DNA of 64,000 bases from Hemiscyllium ocellatum. Taxonomy: Eukaryota. The position numbers were made by a program, and so were the translations under genes. This document shows positions 1-12,559 of the stretch, one piece after another; the first letter of the stretch is position 1, and the number at the start of each line of letters is the position of its first letter. The notes below the pieces were generated by a model. The model did no database searches. It saw only the letters and a program-made list of their open reading frames with translations, and was not told the DNA's origin. The stretch covers positions 3,880,117-3,944,116 of the forward strand of contig NC_083410.1 in the NCBI RefSeq assembly GCF_020745735.1. The letters run 5' to 3'.

Positions 1-780
1 CAACAACATCCTGGTAAATCACTTCAGAACCATCTCCTGTTTAGTAATATCCTTCCTATAACTGGGTGACCAGAACTGGAGACTGTATTCCAGAAGAGGC
101 CTCACCAATATCTTATACAACCTCAACCTCACTGTTGTCCCAACTCCTATAATCAAAGGACTAAGCAATAAAGGCAATTGTGGAATGTCTTCTTTTTCCA
201 CCCTGCCATCACCATGTGACATAAACTTCAAAGAATTATGCACCACCACCCCAAGGTCCTCAGCTGAACAAACATTCCTCACATCCACTTTCCTCCTCTT
301 TCCTGGAAACTGTTTATGAAGCTGTCAATCTCAGTCTTAAAGATACACAAGGATTCTGCTCCCACAGCTCTCTGGAGCAAGGAGCTCAAAGGCTCACAAT
401 CCTGTTAGAGAAGACGTTCTTCCTCATCTCAGTCTTAAATTGGTGCCCCATAATTCTGAGACTATGGCCTCTGGTCTGAGACTCTCCCATGAGAGGAAAC
501 ATCCTGTCAGCATTTACTCTGTCAAGCCCCTTAAGAATCCTGTACGCTTCAAAGGGATCACCTCTCATTCTTCTAAACTCAAGTGACTGGAGTCTCATTC
601 TGTTCAACCTTTGCTCAGAAGACAAACCCTCCATACCAGGGATCATCCTTGTGAACCTTCTCTGAACTGCCTCTAATTAAATAAATCTTTCTTTAAATAA
701 GGTAAACCAAAACTGCTGACCATACACCAGGTATCGACTCACTAGCACCTTGTACAGTTGCAGTAAGATTTGCAAACTCT
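1..780 (-). mobile_element. CR1 LINE fragment(s), RT C-terminal region and 3' end
   Basis: ORFs 19..288 and 386..646 give CR1 ORF2 C-terminal motifs ([20 protein letters not shown]; LRGDxxEAYRILKGLDRV; RGHSLRI). Boundaries approximate. Confidence 0.85.
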
Positions 781-796
781 TATACTCTAAATAAGG

Positions 797-923
797 TAAA
801 ACCAATGACTGCAGATGCTGGAAACCAGATTCTGGATCAGTGGTGCTGGAAGAGCACAGCAGTTCAGGCAGCATCCAAAGTGCAGCGAAATCGACGTTTC
901 GGGCAAAAGCCCTTCATCAGGAA
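797..923 (-). mobile_element. Short Penelope-like terminal (pLTR) insertion with 9-bp target-site duplication
   Basis: Same terminal sequence as the GIY-YIG elements at 7234 and 23059. TAAATAAGG is duplicated at 788..796 and 924..932, interrupting a CR1. Confidence 0.75.
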
Positions 924-924
924 T
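889..924 (-). ncRNA. Minimal hammerhead ribozyme motif in pLTR
   Basis: Minus strand reads ATTC-CTGATGA-A-GGGC-TTTT-GCCC-GAAA-C-GTC-GATT: conserved core, perfect helix II, GUC cleavage triplet. Confidence 0.65.
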
Positions 925-939
925 AAATAAGGGCCAACA

Positions 940-1650
940 TTTCTTGAGCCTTCCTGATTACCCGTGAACCCTGTGTGTTAGCTTTCTGAATTTAATGCAC
1001 AGGTTTGCCCAAGTCCCTTTGTGTTGCAGTTTTCTGCAATTTCTCTCTATTTAAATAATATTCTGTTCTTTTCTGCTCCCTCCCAAAATGAAAAACTTCA
1101 CATTTTTACGCATTATAGTCCATTTGCCAGCTTTTTGCGCACTATCTTAAATGTTCAATATCTCTGTAAATTGTTTGCGTCTCTCTCACAAACTGATTTT
1201 TCACATATTTTTCTGTCATCTGTAAATATTTTCTCCCAGTCATTAATATAAATTTCCTTTCTCCCAGTCATTAATATAAATTGTAAGCAGTTGTGGTCCC
1301 AGCACTAATCCCTCTGGAACCCCACTAGTCACAATTCACAACCTGAAAATAAACCCCTTATCCTTTTTCATTGTTTCCTGTCCATGAGCCATTTCTCTGG
1401 CCACAATAACATACTCCCTCCAATATCATGGGCTCTTGTCAAATGAATTAATCTTTTGTGAGATACCTCAACAAATTCCTTCTGGAAGTCCAAACAACAC
1501 ATATTTACTGATGCCCCTCTCTCCACCCTGGCTGAGACTTTCTCAGAATACTTAAATAAATTAGTCAGCCATGATTTCCTTTTCATGAAGCCACACTGAC
1601 TCTGCTTGATTAGATTATGATTTTCCAAATGTTCTGCTAATTCTTCCTTG
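940..1650 (-). mobile_element. Older CR1 LINE RT fragment
   Basis: ORF 1368..1628 contains SQCGFMKRKSWLTNL and DFQKEFVEVSHKRL (CR1 RT motifs, degenerate). Confidence 0.75.
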
Positions 1651-2296
1651 ACATATTAACATGATTTTTTTCGGCATCCAAGAGGAGAGGCTTGTCCTGA
1701 TTGGAGTTTGGAAAGAAGGTTTGAAGCATCTCAGTTTCCTTAGGCCTTGACAGGGTGAATATGGAGAGGAGGTTGTTTCCCTTTGTGGGAGAGTCTGTGA
1801 CCAGAGGACAAAAGCTCATAGGAATGGGTCTGTGATTTAAAATGGAGATAAGGAGGAATTTCATCTCTCAGAGGAAGTGAATCTGAGGAATTCTTTACCA
1901 CAGAGGGCTGTTGAGACTGAGTCCTGAAGTAATTTTGAGTTTGATACTGAAAGATTTTTAATCAGGAATGGAATCCAGGGTTATGGGGAAAAGGCAGGAA
2001 AGTAGAGATGGGGACTATCAGAGCGGCCATGATCTCACTGAATGGCAGAACCAACCAGTTGAGCTGAATGGCCCAATTCTGCTCCTATACCCTTTGGTCT
2101 TAAGGTCCAGCTGTGGCATTTAACAGGCTATTGGATGGTTGTTTAAACATATACACTGTGTAGGGTGAAGGGGAAATGGCAACATTGGCACTAAGTTCAA
2201 TTGCTCAGAAAATTCCTGGGGTGTTGGGAACAGTGAGATTCCACTCTGTTCAGCAAATGTTGCTTCCCTTTTTCTGTTTGCTAGGCTCAGCTTGTA

Positions 2297-2595
2297 GGCG
2301 GTATGGTGGCACAGGGCTAGAACTGCTGCCTCACAGCACCAGAGACCCGGGTTCAATTCCCGGCTCAGGCGACTGACTGTGAGGAGTTTGCACATTCTCC
2401 CTGTGTCTGCGTGGGGATGCTCCGGTTTCCTCGCACAGTCCAAAAATGTGCAGGTTAGGTGAATTGGCCATGTTAAATTGCCCATAGTGATAGGGGCAGG
2501 AGTAAATGTAGAGGAATGAGTCTGGGTGGATTGTGCTTCGGCAGGTCGATGTGGACTTGTTGGGCTGAAGGGCCTGTTTCCACAATGTAATCTAA
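2297..2595 (+). mobile_element. tRNA-derived SINE (HE1/V-SINE type)
   Basis: A box (TGGCACAG) and B box (GGGTTCAATTCCC), V-SINE-like core GAGTTTGCACATTCTCC, CR1-like tail GGGCCTGTTTCCACAATGTAATCT. Homologous to 19020..19325. Confidence 0.85.
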
Positions 2596-3261
2596 AGCTT
2601 GCTGCTGTTGTTAAGAAATGACAACCTTATCTCAGGCAAATTGTCAAAACCACATTTTCTGCAGTTGGCTTCTGTCTTAATTACATAGATGGTGAAATCC
2701 CCAGTTTGTTCACATATTGTCTGTCCATTGAAGGCAATCACAGAAGACAGATGAGACATGGCTGCTAACGGAAGAAAAAGATTGAAAAAACCAGGGAAAC
2801 GCAGTGCAATCGCATCACTATGGACCAGGAATTCAATGAGTTGCTTGACTTCTAATTGTTGCAATTCAGAATTAGTGTTTTTACTGTGAACCTTAAGTTA
2901 CATTGAGAAGACTTTTGAGAAGGAGCCAAAGAAGAGATTAACATGAAAAATTAAAGCCATTGAGGTTGGGATATTGCAATGAAAGAGATTAAGAACCAAT
3001 TGGCAAACAGGTAACAAAGAGTCAAAATAAATAAGTCATTTTCTGAGTGACAGATCGCAATTAATGGGGTACCGCAGGGATTAGCACTTGCACTCTAGCT
3101 ATTCACAAAAGCGAACTGAATTGAACGTCTCCAAGTTTGCAGGTGACAGAAAGCTGAGTGGGAGGGTGAGCTATGAGGAAAACGTAGAGATGCTACAGTG
3201 TGATTTGGACAGGCTATGTGAGTGGGCAAATGCATGATGGATAAAGAATAATGGGAACATC

Positions 3262-3905
3262 CTTAGGGATACCATAGACCACAAACACAACTGGACTCAC
3301 TACATAAATACAGTGGCTACAAGAGCAGGTCAGAAACTGGGGATACTGCGACGAGTACCTCACCTCTTGACACCCCAAAGCCTAACCACCATCTACAAGG
3401 CACAAGTCAGGAGTGTGATGGAACACTCCCCACTTGCCTGGATGAATGCAGCTCCAACAATACTCAAGAAGCTTCGCACCATCCAGGACAAAGCAACCAG
3501 CTTGACTGGCATTATAACTACAAATATTCAATCCCTCCACCACCACCACTCAGTAATAGCAATGTGTACTATCTACAAGATGCACAGCAGAAATTCACCA
3601 AAGATCTTCAAACAGCATCTTCCAAACCCACAACTACTTCCACCCAGAAGGAAAAGGGCAGCAGTTACTTGGGAAGACCACCACATGCAAGTTCCCCTCC
3701 AAACCACTCACCACCTTGACTTGGAAATATATCGCCATTCCTTCACAGCTGTTGGGCCAAAATCCTGGAATTCCCTCCTTACCAGGATTGTGAATCAACC
3801 CACAGCAAGTGTACTGCAGCGATTCAAGAAGGCAGCTTACCACCACCTTCTCAAGTGAAAATAGGGATTGGCTATCAACACTGGCCCAGCCAGCGATGCC
3901 CACAT
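3262..3905 (+). mobile_element. LINE 3' fragment of a second family (CR1/L2-group-like)
   Basis: ORF 3313..3858: GQKLGILRR..LTTIYKAQVRSVMEHSPLAW post-RT region. Related fragments at ~60050..60170 and ~60560..60900. Confidence 0.7.
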
Positions 3906-4049
3906 CCCACAAATAAATTTAAAAAAAGAAGAAAGGTGAGCAAAAGCAATGAATAGAACTAAAAGTGTGTCTCACATGAAGACAGACTGTTCCTTGTGGT
4001 GTACTGCATGGCTCAATGCAAGGCTCACAGTGTTCAACAGCTGAAGAAA

Positions 4050-4960
4050 TGGTTTGGATGCGGGGCCCAGTTGGAATGGTCCCAAACTTTCTGAAGGCAT
4101 AACTATAGGTAAGATTGGAAGCTGTGAGAAAGATGCAAGGATACATCAGGTGGCCAGGTTCAGTGAATGGGAAACGATAAGACAGATGAAATATAATATG
4201 AATAAATGTGAAGGTAGCTTCTTTACCAAAGGGAACAGAAAGGCAGAACATTTTTAAATAGTAAGAGTTTGGAAATTGTTGGTGTCCAAAGGGACCTGGG
4301 TTTCTGTGTTCATAACTCAGTAAAGTCAGCATGAGGCTGCACCAGTCACTAAGGAAGGCAAATGTTGGTCTTCACCACAAGGGAGTTGAGTCCAGGGGTG
4401 AGGAAGTCTTGCTGCAGTTGGGCAAAGTATTGGGGAGACCATACCTGGATTGTGGACAGTTTGTCCCTAAGTGTAAGGAAGCACAGACTTACCATCGAGG
4501 GAGTTATATGGAGGGTCAGCAGAGTAATCCCTGGGATGGTGGGTTTGATAGATGGGAGAGAGTGAGGAAAGTGGCCTGTATGCACCTGGTATAAAAAATC
4601 GGAGGTGATTAAATGGAAATTTTCAATGTGTTTTGAAGGCATGACATTGTGAATGTGATTAACAATGTTTCCCTTGGCTGGTGAATCAAGAACCATGGGG
4701 CATTATCACAGGAAAAGGAGTCGTCATACTGAGACTGAAGTAAGGTGGAATTTTTCATCCAGAAGGTGGGGAATCTGTGGAATTCCCTATCCCAGAGGGA
4801 TGTGGGACCTCAATCACTGAGTATGTTCAAGACAGGAACTGAAAGATTTCTATAGACCAATGAATCAGGGGATATGGAGATAATGAAGGAAAGTGGCTTT
4901 GAGGAAAATGACCAATTATAATTGAAATGATGGGCTGAATGGTCTACTCCTGTTCGTATG
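4050..4960 (+). mobile_element. Degenerate CR1 LINE 3' part
   Basis: Frameshifted motifs MKYNMNKCE, LGRPYLD, RGHxxR and a 3' UTR like the other CR1 copies. Confidence 0.7.
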
Positions 4961-5575
4961 TTCATTTGTCTTTGTTTCTTTGGTGATCGTGACCAATTCA
5001 GTTATGTTTACTTTAGTGATGGAAGGGGAGAGGTATATACCACAGGGCAAGAGTTATTGCTAGGCAAAGAGCAATTACAATGCAATTAAGTAAAATTTAG
5101 GATGCAGAGAATGGGGAAGGTAACTGCAGGGGATGGGCATAATTGAAATGTGGAGCTTATTCAAGGAACACCTACTGCAAGTCTTTGATAGGTATATACC
5201 TGTCAGGCAACGAGGAATTACTTGAGCAAGGAAACTGTGGTTTACTAAAGAAGTTGAATTTCTTGTCAACAGGAAGAAGGTGGCTTACATAAGGATGAGA
5301 TGTAAAGGCTCAGTTTGGGCACTTGAGTGTTACAGGTTAGCCAGGAAGGACTGAAACAGAGAGCTAAGAAGAGTCATGAGAGGACATGAGAATTCTTTGG
5401 CAGGTAGGATCAAGGAAAATCCTAAAGCTTTCTATAGCCAAGTCAGGAATAAAAGACTGACTAGAGTAAAATTAGCACCTGTCAAGGACAGTAGTGGGAA
5501 TTTGGGCGTGGAGTCTGAAGAGACAGGAGAGGTGCTAAATGAATATTTTTCATCAGTAACCACACAGGAAAAAGA

Positions 5576-5753
5576 TTAGGTTATAATCCAACAGGTTTAT
5601 TTGAAAGCATTAGTTTTTGGAGCACTGCTCCTTCATCAGGTGGTTAGGCAGCGTTCTGAAAGCTAGTGCCTTCAAATAAACCTGTTGGACTATAACCTGG
5701 TGTTGAGTGATTATTAATTTTGTACACCCCAGACCAATAGTTGCATCTCCAAA
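5576..5753. mobile_element. Fold-back Penelope-like terminal fragment with ~12-bp TSD
   Basis: Inverted arms GTTATAATCCAACAGGTTTATTTGAA (~5580) and TTCAAATAAACCTGTTGGACTATAAC (~5670). Flanks are ACAGGAAAAAGA (5564..5575) and ACAAGAAAAAGA (5754..5765). Partial CTGATGA/GAAAGCT hammerhead halves. Confidence 0.65.
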
Positions 5754-7233
5754 ACAAGAAAAAGACAATGTTGTCGAGGAGAATACTGAGTTACAGGGTA
5801 TTAGACTACATAGGATTGAGGTTTACCAGGAGGAGGTGTTAGAAATTCCAGAAAGTGTGAAAATAGATAAATCCCCTGGGCTGGATGGGATTTACCCTAG
5901 GATTCAGTGGGAAGCTAGGGATGAGATTGCAGAGCCTTTGGCTTTTATCTTTACATTGTCATTGTCTACAGGAAAAGTGCCAGAAGTCTGAAGGATAACA
6001 AATGTTGTCCCCTTGTTCAAGAAGGGGAGGAGAGACAACCCTGGCAATTATAGATCAATGAGCCTTACTTCATTTGTCAGTGAAGTGTTGGAAAGGATTA
6101 TAAAATGTACGATTTATCATCATCTGGAAATGAATAATTAGATTAGAGATAGTCAACATGGTTTTGTGAAGGGTAGGTCGTGCCTCACAAACCTTATTGA
6201 CTTCTTTGAGAAGGTGACCAAACAGGTGGATGAGGGTAAAGTGATTGATATGGTGTATATGGATTTCAGTAAAGTATTTGATAATGTTCCCCACAGTAGG
6301 CTATTGCAAAACATACGGAGGCATGGATTTGAAGGTGATTTGGCAGTTTGGATCAGAAGTTGGCTAGCTGAAAGAAGACAGAGGGTGGTGGTTGGTGGGA
6401 ATGTTCAACCTGGAGTTCAATTACTAGTGGTGTACCATAAGGATCTGTTTTGGGGCCACTGCCATTTGTCATTTTTAGAAATGGCGTGGACGAGGATGTA
6501 GAAGGATGGGTAGTAAATTTGCGAATGACAAGAAAGTCTGTAGAGTTGTGGACAGTGCAGAAGGATGTTGCAGGTTGCAGAGGGACTAAAATAAGCTGCA
6601 GAGCTGGGCTGAGAGGTGGCAAATGGAGTTTTATGCAGAAATGTGAGGTGATTAATTTTGGAAAGACCAATGGAATAAAGAATACCAGGCTAATAGCAAG
6701 ATTATTGGTAGCGTGGATGAGCAGAGAGATCTCGGTGTCCTCCTACATAGATTCTGAAAGTTGCCACACAAGCTGAGAAGGCATATGGTATGTTAGTTTT
6801 ATTGGGAGAGGGATTGAGTTTTGGAACCATGAGGTCATGTTGCAGCTGTTCAAAACTCTGATGCAGCCACACTTGGAGTGTTACGTACAGTTCTGGTCAC
6901 TGTATTACAGGAATGATGTGGAAGTATTGGAAATGGTGATGTTACCTGGCTTGGAGGGAAGGTCATATGAGGAAAGTCTGAGGCACTTGAGGCTGTTTTG
7001 ATTCGAGAGAAGAAGGTTAAGAGGTGACTTAACAGAAGCATACAAGATGATTAGATTAGATAGGGTGGACAGTGAAAGGCTTTTTCCTTGGATGGTGATG
7101 GCTAGGACAAGGGGACATTGCTTTAAATTGAGGGGTGATAGATATAGGACAGATGTCAGAGGTAGGTTCTTTACTCAGAGCCCAGTAAAGGCGTGGAATG
7201 TCCTGCTTGCAACAGTAGTAGACTCATTTACTT

Positions 7234-7760
7234 CGGAACGCTTCAGAGAACACCTCCGGGCCGCCCGAACCAACCAACCCAATCACCCCGTGGCTCAACA
7301 CTTTAACTCTCCCTCCCACTCCACCGAGGACATGCAGGTCCTTGAACTCCTCCACCGGCAGAACATAACAACACGACGGCTGGAGGAGGAGCGCCTCATC
7401 TTCCGCCTGGGAACCGTCCAACCACAAGGTATGAATTCAGATTTCTCCAGTTTCCTCATTTCCCCTCCCCCCACCTTGTCTCAGTCGGTTCCCTCAACTC
7501 AGCACCGCCCCCCTAACCTGCAATCCTCTTCCTGACCTCTCCGCCCCCACCCCACTCCAGCCTATCACCCTCACCTTGACCTCCTTCCACCTATCCCACC
7601 TCCATCGCCCCTCCCCCTAGTCCCTCCTCCCTACCTTTTATCTTAGCCTGCTTGGCTCTCTCTCTTATTCCTGATGAAGGGCTTATGCTCGAAACGTCGA
7701 ATTCTCTATTCCTGAGATGCTGCCTGGCCTGCTGAGCTTTGACCAGCAACACATTTGCAG
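7234..7760 (+). mobile_element. 5'-truncated Penelope-like element (GIY-YIG C-terminus + pLTR), 11-bp TSD
   Basis: Encodes ERFREHL..HPVAQHFNSPSH..RRLEEERLIFRLGT. CTCATTTACTT is duplicated at 7223..7233 and 7761..7771. Confidence 0.85.
7667..7702 (+). ncRNA. Minimal type I hammerhead ribozyme motif
   Basis: ATTC-CTGATGA-A-GGGC-TTAT-GCTC-GAAA-C-GTC-GAAT: helix I ATTC/GAAT, helix II, palindromic ACGT helix III, GUC triplet. Confidence 0.75.
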
Positions 7761-10700
7761 CTCATTTACTTTAAGGGCATCTAAATGGTCATTGAATAAA
7801 TAAATGGATGATAATGGAATAGTACAGGATAAATGGGCTTCAGATCAGTTTCTCAGGTCCGTGCAATATCGAGGGCTGAAGGGCCTGTACTGCCCTCAAT
7901 TGTTCTATGTTCGATGTTCAATGTTCAATATTCTGTTCGAGTTGGAGGTGGGAGTGTCATTGAGCAGAACAAGAGTTGCACAGGGTTCTGGAAAATGATG
8001 AACAAAGACTCAAGAGCTGAGAGTTTGAAATTTCCTGCTCACATCTTATTGAGTTACAGTGGAGCCCAATTTAAACTTTAATTTAATGACTTTGAGATAC
8101 AGAAAAGCTGTGGTCCACTTTTTTTTAAATTATAATTTCAGCTCCTGTTGAGTGTTCTGATCCCAGCTGATGTTTTTCCTGGTCAAGTCCGATACATCAT
8201 GAAGTCTGTCATGATTGTTTTTGTTTTGGTGTGTTTTCTTTAGCATGTTAGTCTTTTACTGAAATTAAAATCCGGATTGCTTGTTGCTCCAACATTTCAT
8301 CCAAAAGGGAACATGTTGGACCTTGACTCACCTTTCTTTGAACATCGCCTACTGTCCTGTGTAGACTCACCCTCAGCAAGCTGCTCTCAATTTACTTTGG
8401 CCAGATTCTGATATATTTCTTTTAAAATAAAAACCTGCCATAACCCTGTGGTCAAGCAAACATGAGCCCAAACTTGGACATCCTGAATTGACCCACAGTC
8501 TGAGAAATGAGGTCTGACAGAAAAATGGTCAAATTAAATTAAAGAGCATCCAGTAGCTGATGGCTGTGGAAAATGGCAGAAGCCAAGATCTAACCAGTCA
8601 CAAAGGCTCAAGAGGAACCAGTTACAACCAGACTGAGAGGTGTGTATTGGAGGAGTATTGATCAGACTCTCTGGCAACTTGACTGCCTGAGTGTGTGGAG
8701 AAAGTGAGGAGTGCCTAAGTGTGTGCACATTACACCTCCCAGCACAGCAACAGTGAAAGTGTTGACACAATCTTATTGGATGATTTAAACCCAGTGTATG
8801 ACCCCAATGGTGAAAGGCTACAGAAAAGTTTGGAATGTCAGGGGCAAAGTGTTTTAATAAGGAGCAGTTTGTGATTGAAATTGAGTTGAACAACAAACTG
8901 GTTTCTCTATCCCCTTCGTCTGCTTCACCAACAAGAGCATTTGGGCAAAATGTTTTTTGAACAGAGATGAGTCAAAGCACGGACAACGCCTCAATCCAGA
9001 ACCTGTTTTTGCCGATCATCCTCTTCCATTCCCAAAACAAACTGAAAACATTTGGTATTGTAGTTCATTTCATGAAAATGTTCCTCCACTGTCATCTCAA
9101 ACATCTGTCCATCTTCATTTCACCAGATTAGGTCCAATACTGCACCTTCCCATGTTGGACCTTTTACACATTACTATAAAAAGCTGTCCTGTAAAAATTT
9201 TAAGAAATCTGCTCCTCTGAAACTTTTACACTATTGTTATCCTAATCAATGCTGAGGAAGTTGAAATTCCCTGATATAATTATCCATTTGTTACACACCT
9301 CAGTGAATTGTGTAAATATCAACTGTTCTATTGTCTGCTGACTGTTGGGTATTGACAATACTCTCCCATTGTGTGACTGTTCCTAAACTCTACCCACAAA
9401 GCCTCATTTAAAACCCCTTCTAAGATATTGTCCCTCCCTACTGCAGTAACGGACTCCTTGATAAATAACATGCCAGCTTTTCTTTGGCATCTTCCCCTGT
9501 CCTGCCCCAAAATGTTGAGTTGTCTGTCTGTCCCTCCCTGAACCATGTCCCTGTGATTGCAACAACATCCAATTCCAGGTGTCAATTCATGCCCTTAACC
9601 CATCTTTCTGATAACCCATTATACACCCAGCATAAATGTACAGGCCATTCAGCCTGTCTTCCTCCCTTGAAACTCAACATGGCTGAACTTGATCTGCCCT
9701 TGTTCCTTCACTAAAGGAGGCTGTATCCCTACATACTAACACACTGCATCCCCTCCCTCTGGGGAACTATTTTAAATTCCTCCCAAGAGCAGGGGCAAAC
9801 CCACCCACACAGGGGTTTTGGTCCCATTCTGGTTCAGGTGCAGACTGTCCCGTCAATGGTTTCCTTATGATTCAAGGGTTCTTACAAATTGTTCCACAGT
9901 GTAATCAGACCGATCAAAAGATTGTCTTCTCAGACCACAAGTATTTTTGATGCAGTCAATAGACACACTTTCTCTGCCCTGCCCTTGCCTGCTAAACCAC
10001 ACAACAGAAGGTTATCAACTGAAATGATGTCCTTCTGAGAGAGGTTTTCATTACACAGGGGTTTGGAACACAACAATAAAGAAGCCCTTTCTAACTGAGC
10101 ACTGTGTGTGCACGAGGTGATTGAATTATATAAAAGGTGAGACCCAGACACAGGCCATTCAGCCCAATCAGTTGATGTTGGTGTTTGTGTTGTACTTGAC
10201 CATGTGACCATCCTTCTGCAGATAAGTATCAGCAGCATAACTGTCCACTCTTCCCCTTTATTTAATTTAACAATTTCCCCTGAATTGAACCTGTGTTATT
10301 CACTTCAATCACTCCCTGGGATAATGAATCTCACTTTCTCAACAGTCTCTCTTGGGAAAGAGGTTTCTTCACAATTCCCAATTGGATTTGTGACAAAGTT
10401 TTCACCTCCCACATCATCCTAACCCACTGTGTATTGATGTGTTATCAAAAAATGCCTTGGAATGAACAGAAACAGAAATAACAAATGGTCCAAGCCATTT
10501 GTTTGAGAGAACTGCTGTCCTTGAGACACGTATTCAATGTCAGGGTCAGGGGGCTGTGGCACGCTGGCAATGTCCCTAACTGTAGACCACAAGGTCAGAG
10601 ATGAAATCCCACCTTGTGGTACAGCACCCCCCACAGGTTGCTGAGAAGTAATTTCATGTTGAACATAAATGACAGTACAGCACAGGAACTGGCCCATCAT

Positions 10701-11180
10701 GTCTGTGCTGATCATGATGCTATTCTGAACCATTCTCACCTGCCTGCACATGCTCCATATCTCACTATTCCCTGCATGCGCATATGTCTTTAGTTTTGGT
10801 GCAATATTCAAAGTATCTTGCACCATAAAGGCTGAATCTTTGCATTTCCATAAATGTTTTGACCATTCACGGGGGTTGCAGCAAATGTGTGAATTCTCAA
10901 TGTTTAAGTGACTGAGTATGAGGAACTTAATAAATAATTAACATCACTGTTGAAATGAAACTCACCGTAGTTATGGTAAAATCCAGCCAGTCATTTCCAC
11001 CCTCAGAACAGAACAGCCATTGGTTTATTGTCCATGCTTCCCCTTTACTGACACTTTAACTTCTTTACCTCCTGAGAAACGAGAGATTAAAGAAGTTGCA
11101 GTTGGCTGGGACACTTTGTGTTCAATGCTTTAATTTGACGTACAATGAACTGTGTGGACACAGGGTGTCACTCTGTTGAG

Positions 11181-11232
11181 ATGATCAGTGGAACTCTTTT
11201 TGCTGTGACCCTGTCTGTCTGTGTTACTTTGG
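11181..11232 (+). CDS. Orphan signal-peptide (leader) exon MISGTLFAVTLSVCVTL-G
   Basis: ATG plus 17 mostly hydrophobic codons plus G, then a perfect phase-1 donor GTAAGT at 11233. Same 52-nt size and phase as the leader at 26377. No intact V exon found before 14.2 kb. Confidence 0.55.
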
Positions 11233-12559
11233 GTAAGTGTTTGCTTTGGAGAAGTTTAACTTTTTGCAAAATAACTTTCTGTGCTGCTGCTGTGGGGTTT
11301 GTGAGAATTTTGAACATTGAGAACTGGAGGGGAGTACCATAAGAAGAACTTATCACTGTCTAGGGATTGTTTGGTACAACTGACACAGAGCTCCACAAGC
11401 TGAGAACACAGACCGGAAAATGGAGTGCTCCTCCCATCCTTTGCTGTCATTCATCTACCATGAGAATGGGATTGAGGGACAGACTACACATTAAGGTGTG
11501 TACTTCGGGTGGATTGGATTGGTCTGTGTGTTTACAGGGGCTGGTTGGGGTGCATTTGGAAGACAATCTCATGTTTTTGCAAAGTTGGTGAATTTACAGA
11601 TTTGTGATTCAGAATGAGTTTCATCAATGGACTCATGCTAACACTCACAATAATTCTCTATAATCAATAATATTGAATTTGTTCCATTAAAACACCTCCA
11701 GGACATCACAAACTGTGAACCAGTTTGAAGTTCAGTATCTGTGACAGCACCGAATCCTGGATCTGTTCCAAAAGAGGAACATTTCCGAAGATGAATGTGC
11801 TGAATGCCAGCTCATGTTTTGTGTGATGGTGTTAATTGACGGAAGAATGTTGATGGTGAGGAGACGGAGAGTATCTCCTGTTCTTTTACACATTGTGCTT
11901 TGTGATCTTTAAATCTTTGAATTCGATGCCTGAGCACTCCACACAACATCTGATGGAAACAAGGACAGAGTGCAATCTTCCCTCTGTTGCTGCTGTGTGT
12001 AGCCCTGCCAGGTGATCTGTTGCCATGGTGCCACACTCATCTGTCTTGTACCAGCCTCACCCACCCACTGTAGCTTGTCGGAAACTGCTCTGTGATATCC
12101 GCCTCGTCCACCAGAACATCAGCTTTGAGCCAATCTCCAGACATAGTTTTGACAGCCACAGCTTCCTGCCCTTCATGTGAGAGAGACACCAACTGAGCCA
12201 AGCTGACTCTCACACTCACTGAGAGGGTAGAGTTTCCCTCTGTGCTCCCACCATTTCCCAGCGTTTCAATGAACAGACAATATTGTGGAACAAACTGGGG
12301 ATTTCACCACCCCTACAGAGCAAAGAGAGGGAACACCTCCACAAATGTTGTTTTGACTATTTGCCTGTGATAGGGGTTGCCTTTTCTGAACACCATCTGC
12401 AAACTGAGCCCAGGAAACACAAAAAGGCGAAGCAAAATTTGTTGCACAGAGTGGAATCTCACTGTTCCTACAGTGTTCTGATGAGAAAGAAAGCCATTGG
12501 GCCCATTGTTTCAGCACTGGCTCTCTCAGCACTTTAACTTTAACCACAGGGAATGGGTG

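Larger units (their letters stand above)
5030..7930 (+). mobile_element. CR1 LINE (ORF2 middle to 3' tail) interrupted by two Penelope-like insertions
   Basis: ORFs 5376, 5707, 6166, 6450 and 7047 carry [26 protein letters not shown] and YMDFSKVFDNVPH. The tail is TGTTCTATGTTC repeats at ~7900-7930. Confidence 0.85.

Noticed and set aside
8375-8418. Minus-strand exon-like segment encoding xIYQNL
   Set aside because: It is a single short motif with no supporting minus-strand TM or Ig exons, so it is compatible with chance.
10966-11071. Minus-strand segment with strong acceptor and GTGAGT donor, head-to-head with the 11181 leader
   Set aside because: Stops in all three frames. It could be a non-coding exon but nothing else supports it.
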